A DNA stretch of 64,000 bases from Gnetum montanum (Eukaryota; Plantae; Gnetophyta). Location: positions 928,985 through 992,984 of the forward strand of contig MNCI01000551.1 in the NCBI GenBank assembly GCA_015680685.1, given 5' to 3'. The translations under genes were made by a program, and so were the position numbers. Under the pieces are notes generated by a model. The model did not search any database, had not been told where the DNA came from, and saw nothing but the letters and a program-made list of their open reading frames with translations. Below are positions 63,500 through 64,000 of the stretch, one piece after another (positions within the stretch are counted from its first letter, which is position 1; each line of letters opens with the position of its first letter).

Positions 63500-64000
63500 G
63501 ATCAGTATCACACCTAATTAGATTGTCCAAAGGTAGGCACAAAGGTATTAGCAAACACTCATCAACCTATTCTCTAGGAAGGTGCCTACTCTAATGCATT
63601 TCATGGTGGGTGCATGGAAAACAGCCTTGAAACGCACTGAACATCAACCCTCTAAAAATCCTAGGGCAGGATTTGGATTTTCTAATCAAGAAATTAATGA
63701 ATGAGAATTTAAGGTATCAGACACCTAAACCTAATCTCCTCATTGAAGAAAATATTTTCTCATTTGATTATAATGAAACTATGCGTGAGGTTCTATCTGT
63801 AGGTCCATGGCTGCTTGAAAATCAGCTCTTATTCTTAGAGATGATCTTCAGGTCTCTCCAGCAGCTGCCAAAATGCAAGATGGTATATCAAGTCAGTTCC
63901 ACTTTAGATCAGGATCCTTAGCACAAAGAAGGTTTTATGGCCCTTAACAAGATATTTGAAAACTGATAGTCGTGGACAACCCCAAAGCTACCAAGTCCTG
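63500..64000 (+). mobile_element. L1 ORF1 (DUF4283-like) fragment
   Basis: ENIFSFDY...VLSVGPWLLENQLLFL resembles the GPW motif of plant L1 ORF1. Confidence 0.6.

Overview
Eukaryotic, repeat-rich plant nuclear DNA. The AT-rich introns, Athila/Tat gypsy elements, L1/RTE LINEs and heavy CG/CHG transition decay fit a land plant; a non-angiosperm is my guess only. The one intact host gene is on the minus strand. Five GT-AG exons (61694-61815, 52768-52879, 52244-52391, 20674-20835, 19712-19834) splice in phase into 222 stop-free codons covering the pore helix, filter, TM2 and cytoplasmic domain of an inward-rectifier (Kir/KirBac-type) channel. Its filter reads TFGGS instead of TVGYG, and its 5' exons appear to lie beyond the window. 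One intron is 31.4 kb and holds a TSD-bounded LINE, into whose zf-RVT region a 19-kb Tat-type LTR retrotransposon has inserted (TSD CCCTC). That retrotransposon carries an antisense, multi-intron gene between protease and RT. The gene encodes an FCP1/NIF-like HAD domain lacking the catalytic aspartates, a plant-transposon-protein-like domain and coiled coil. The element's non-coding DNA is dense in a GCTACG/CGTAGC motif. The left 17 kb contains decayed Athila-like sequence, a solo LTR and an intronless CCR4-like pseudogene. All family assignments come from motif recognition by eye; no searches were run.
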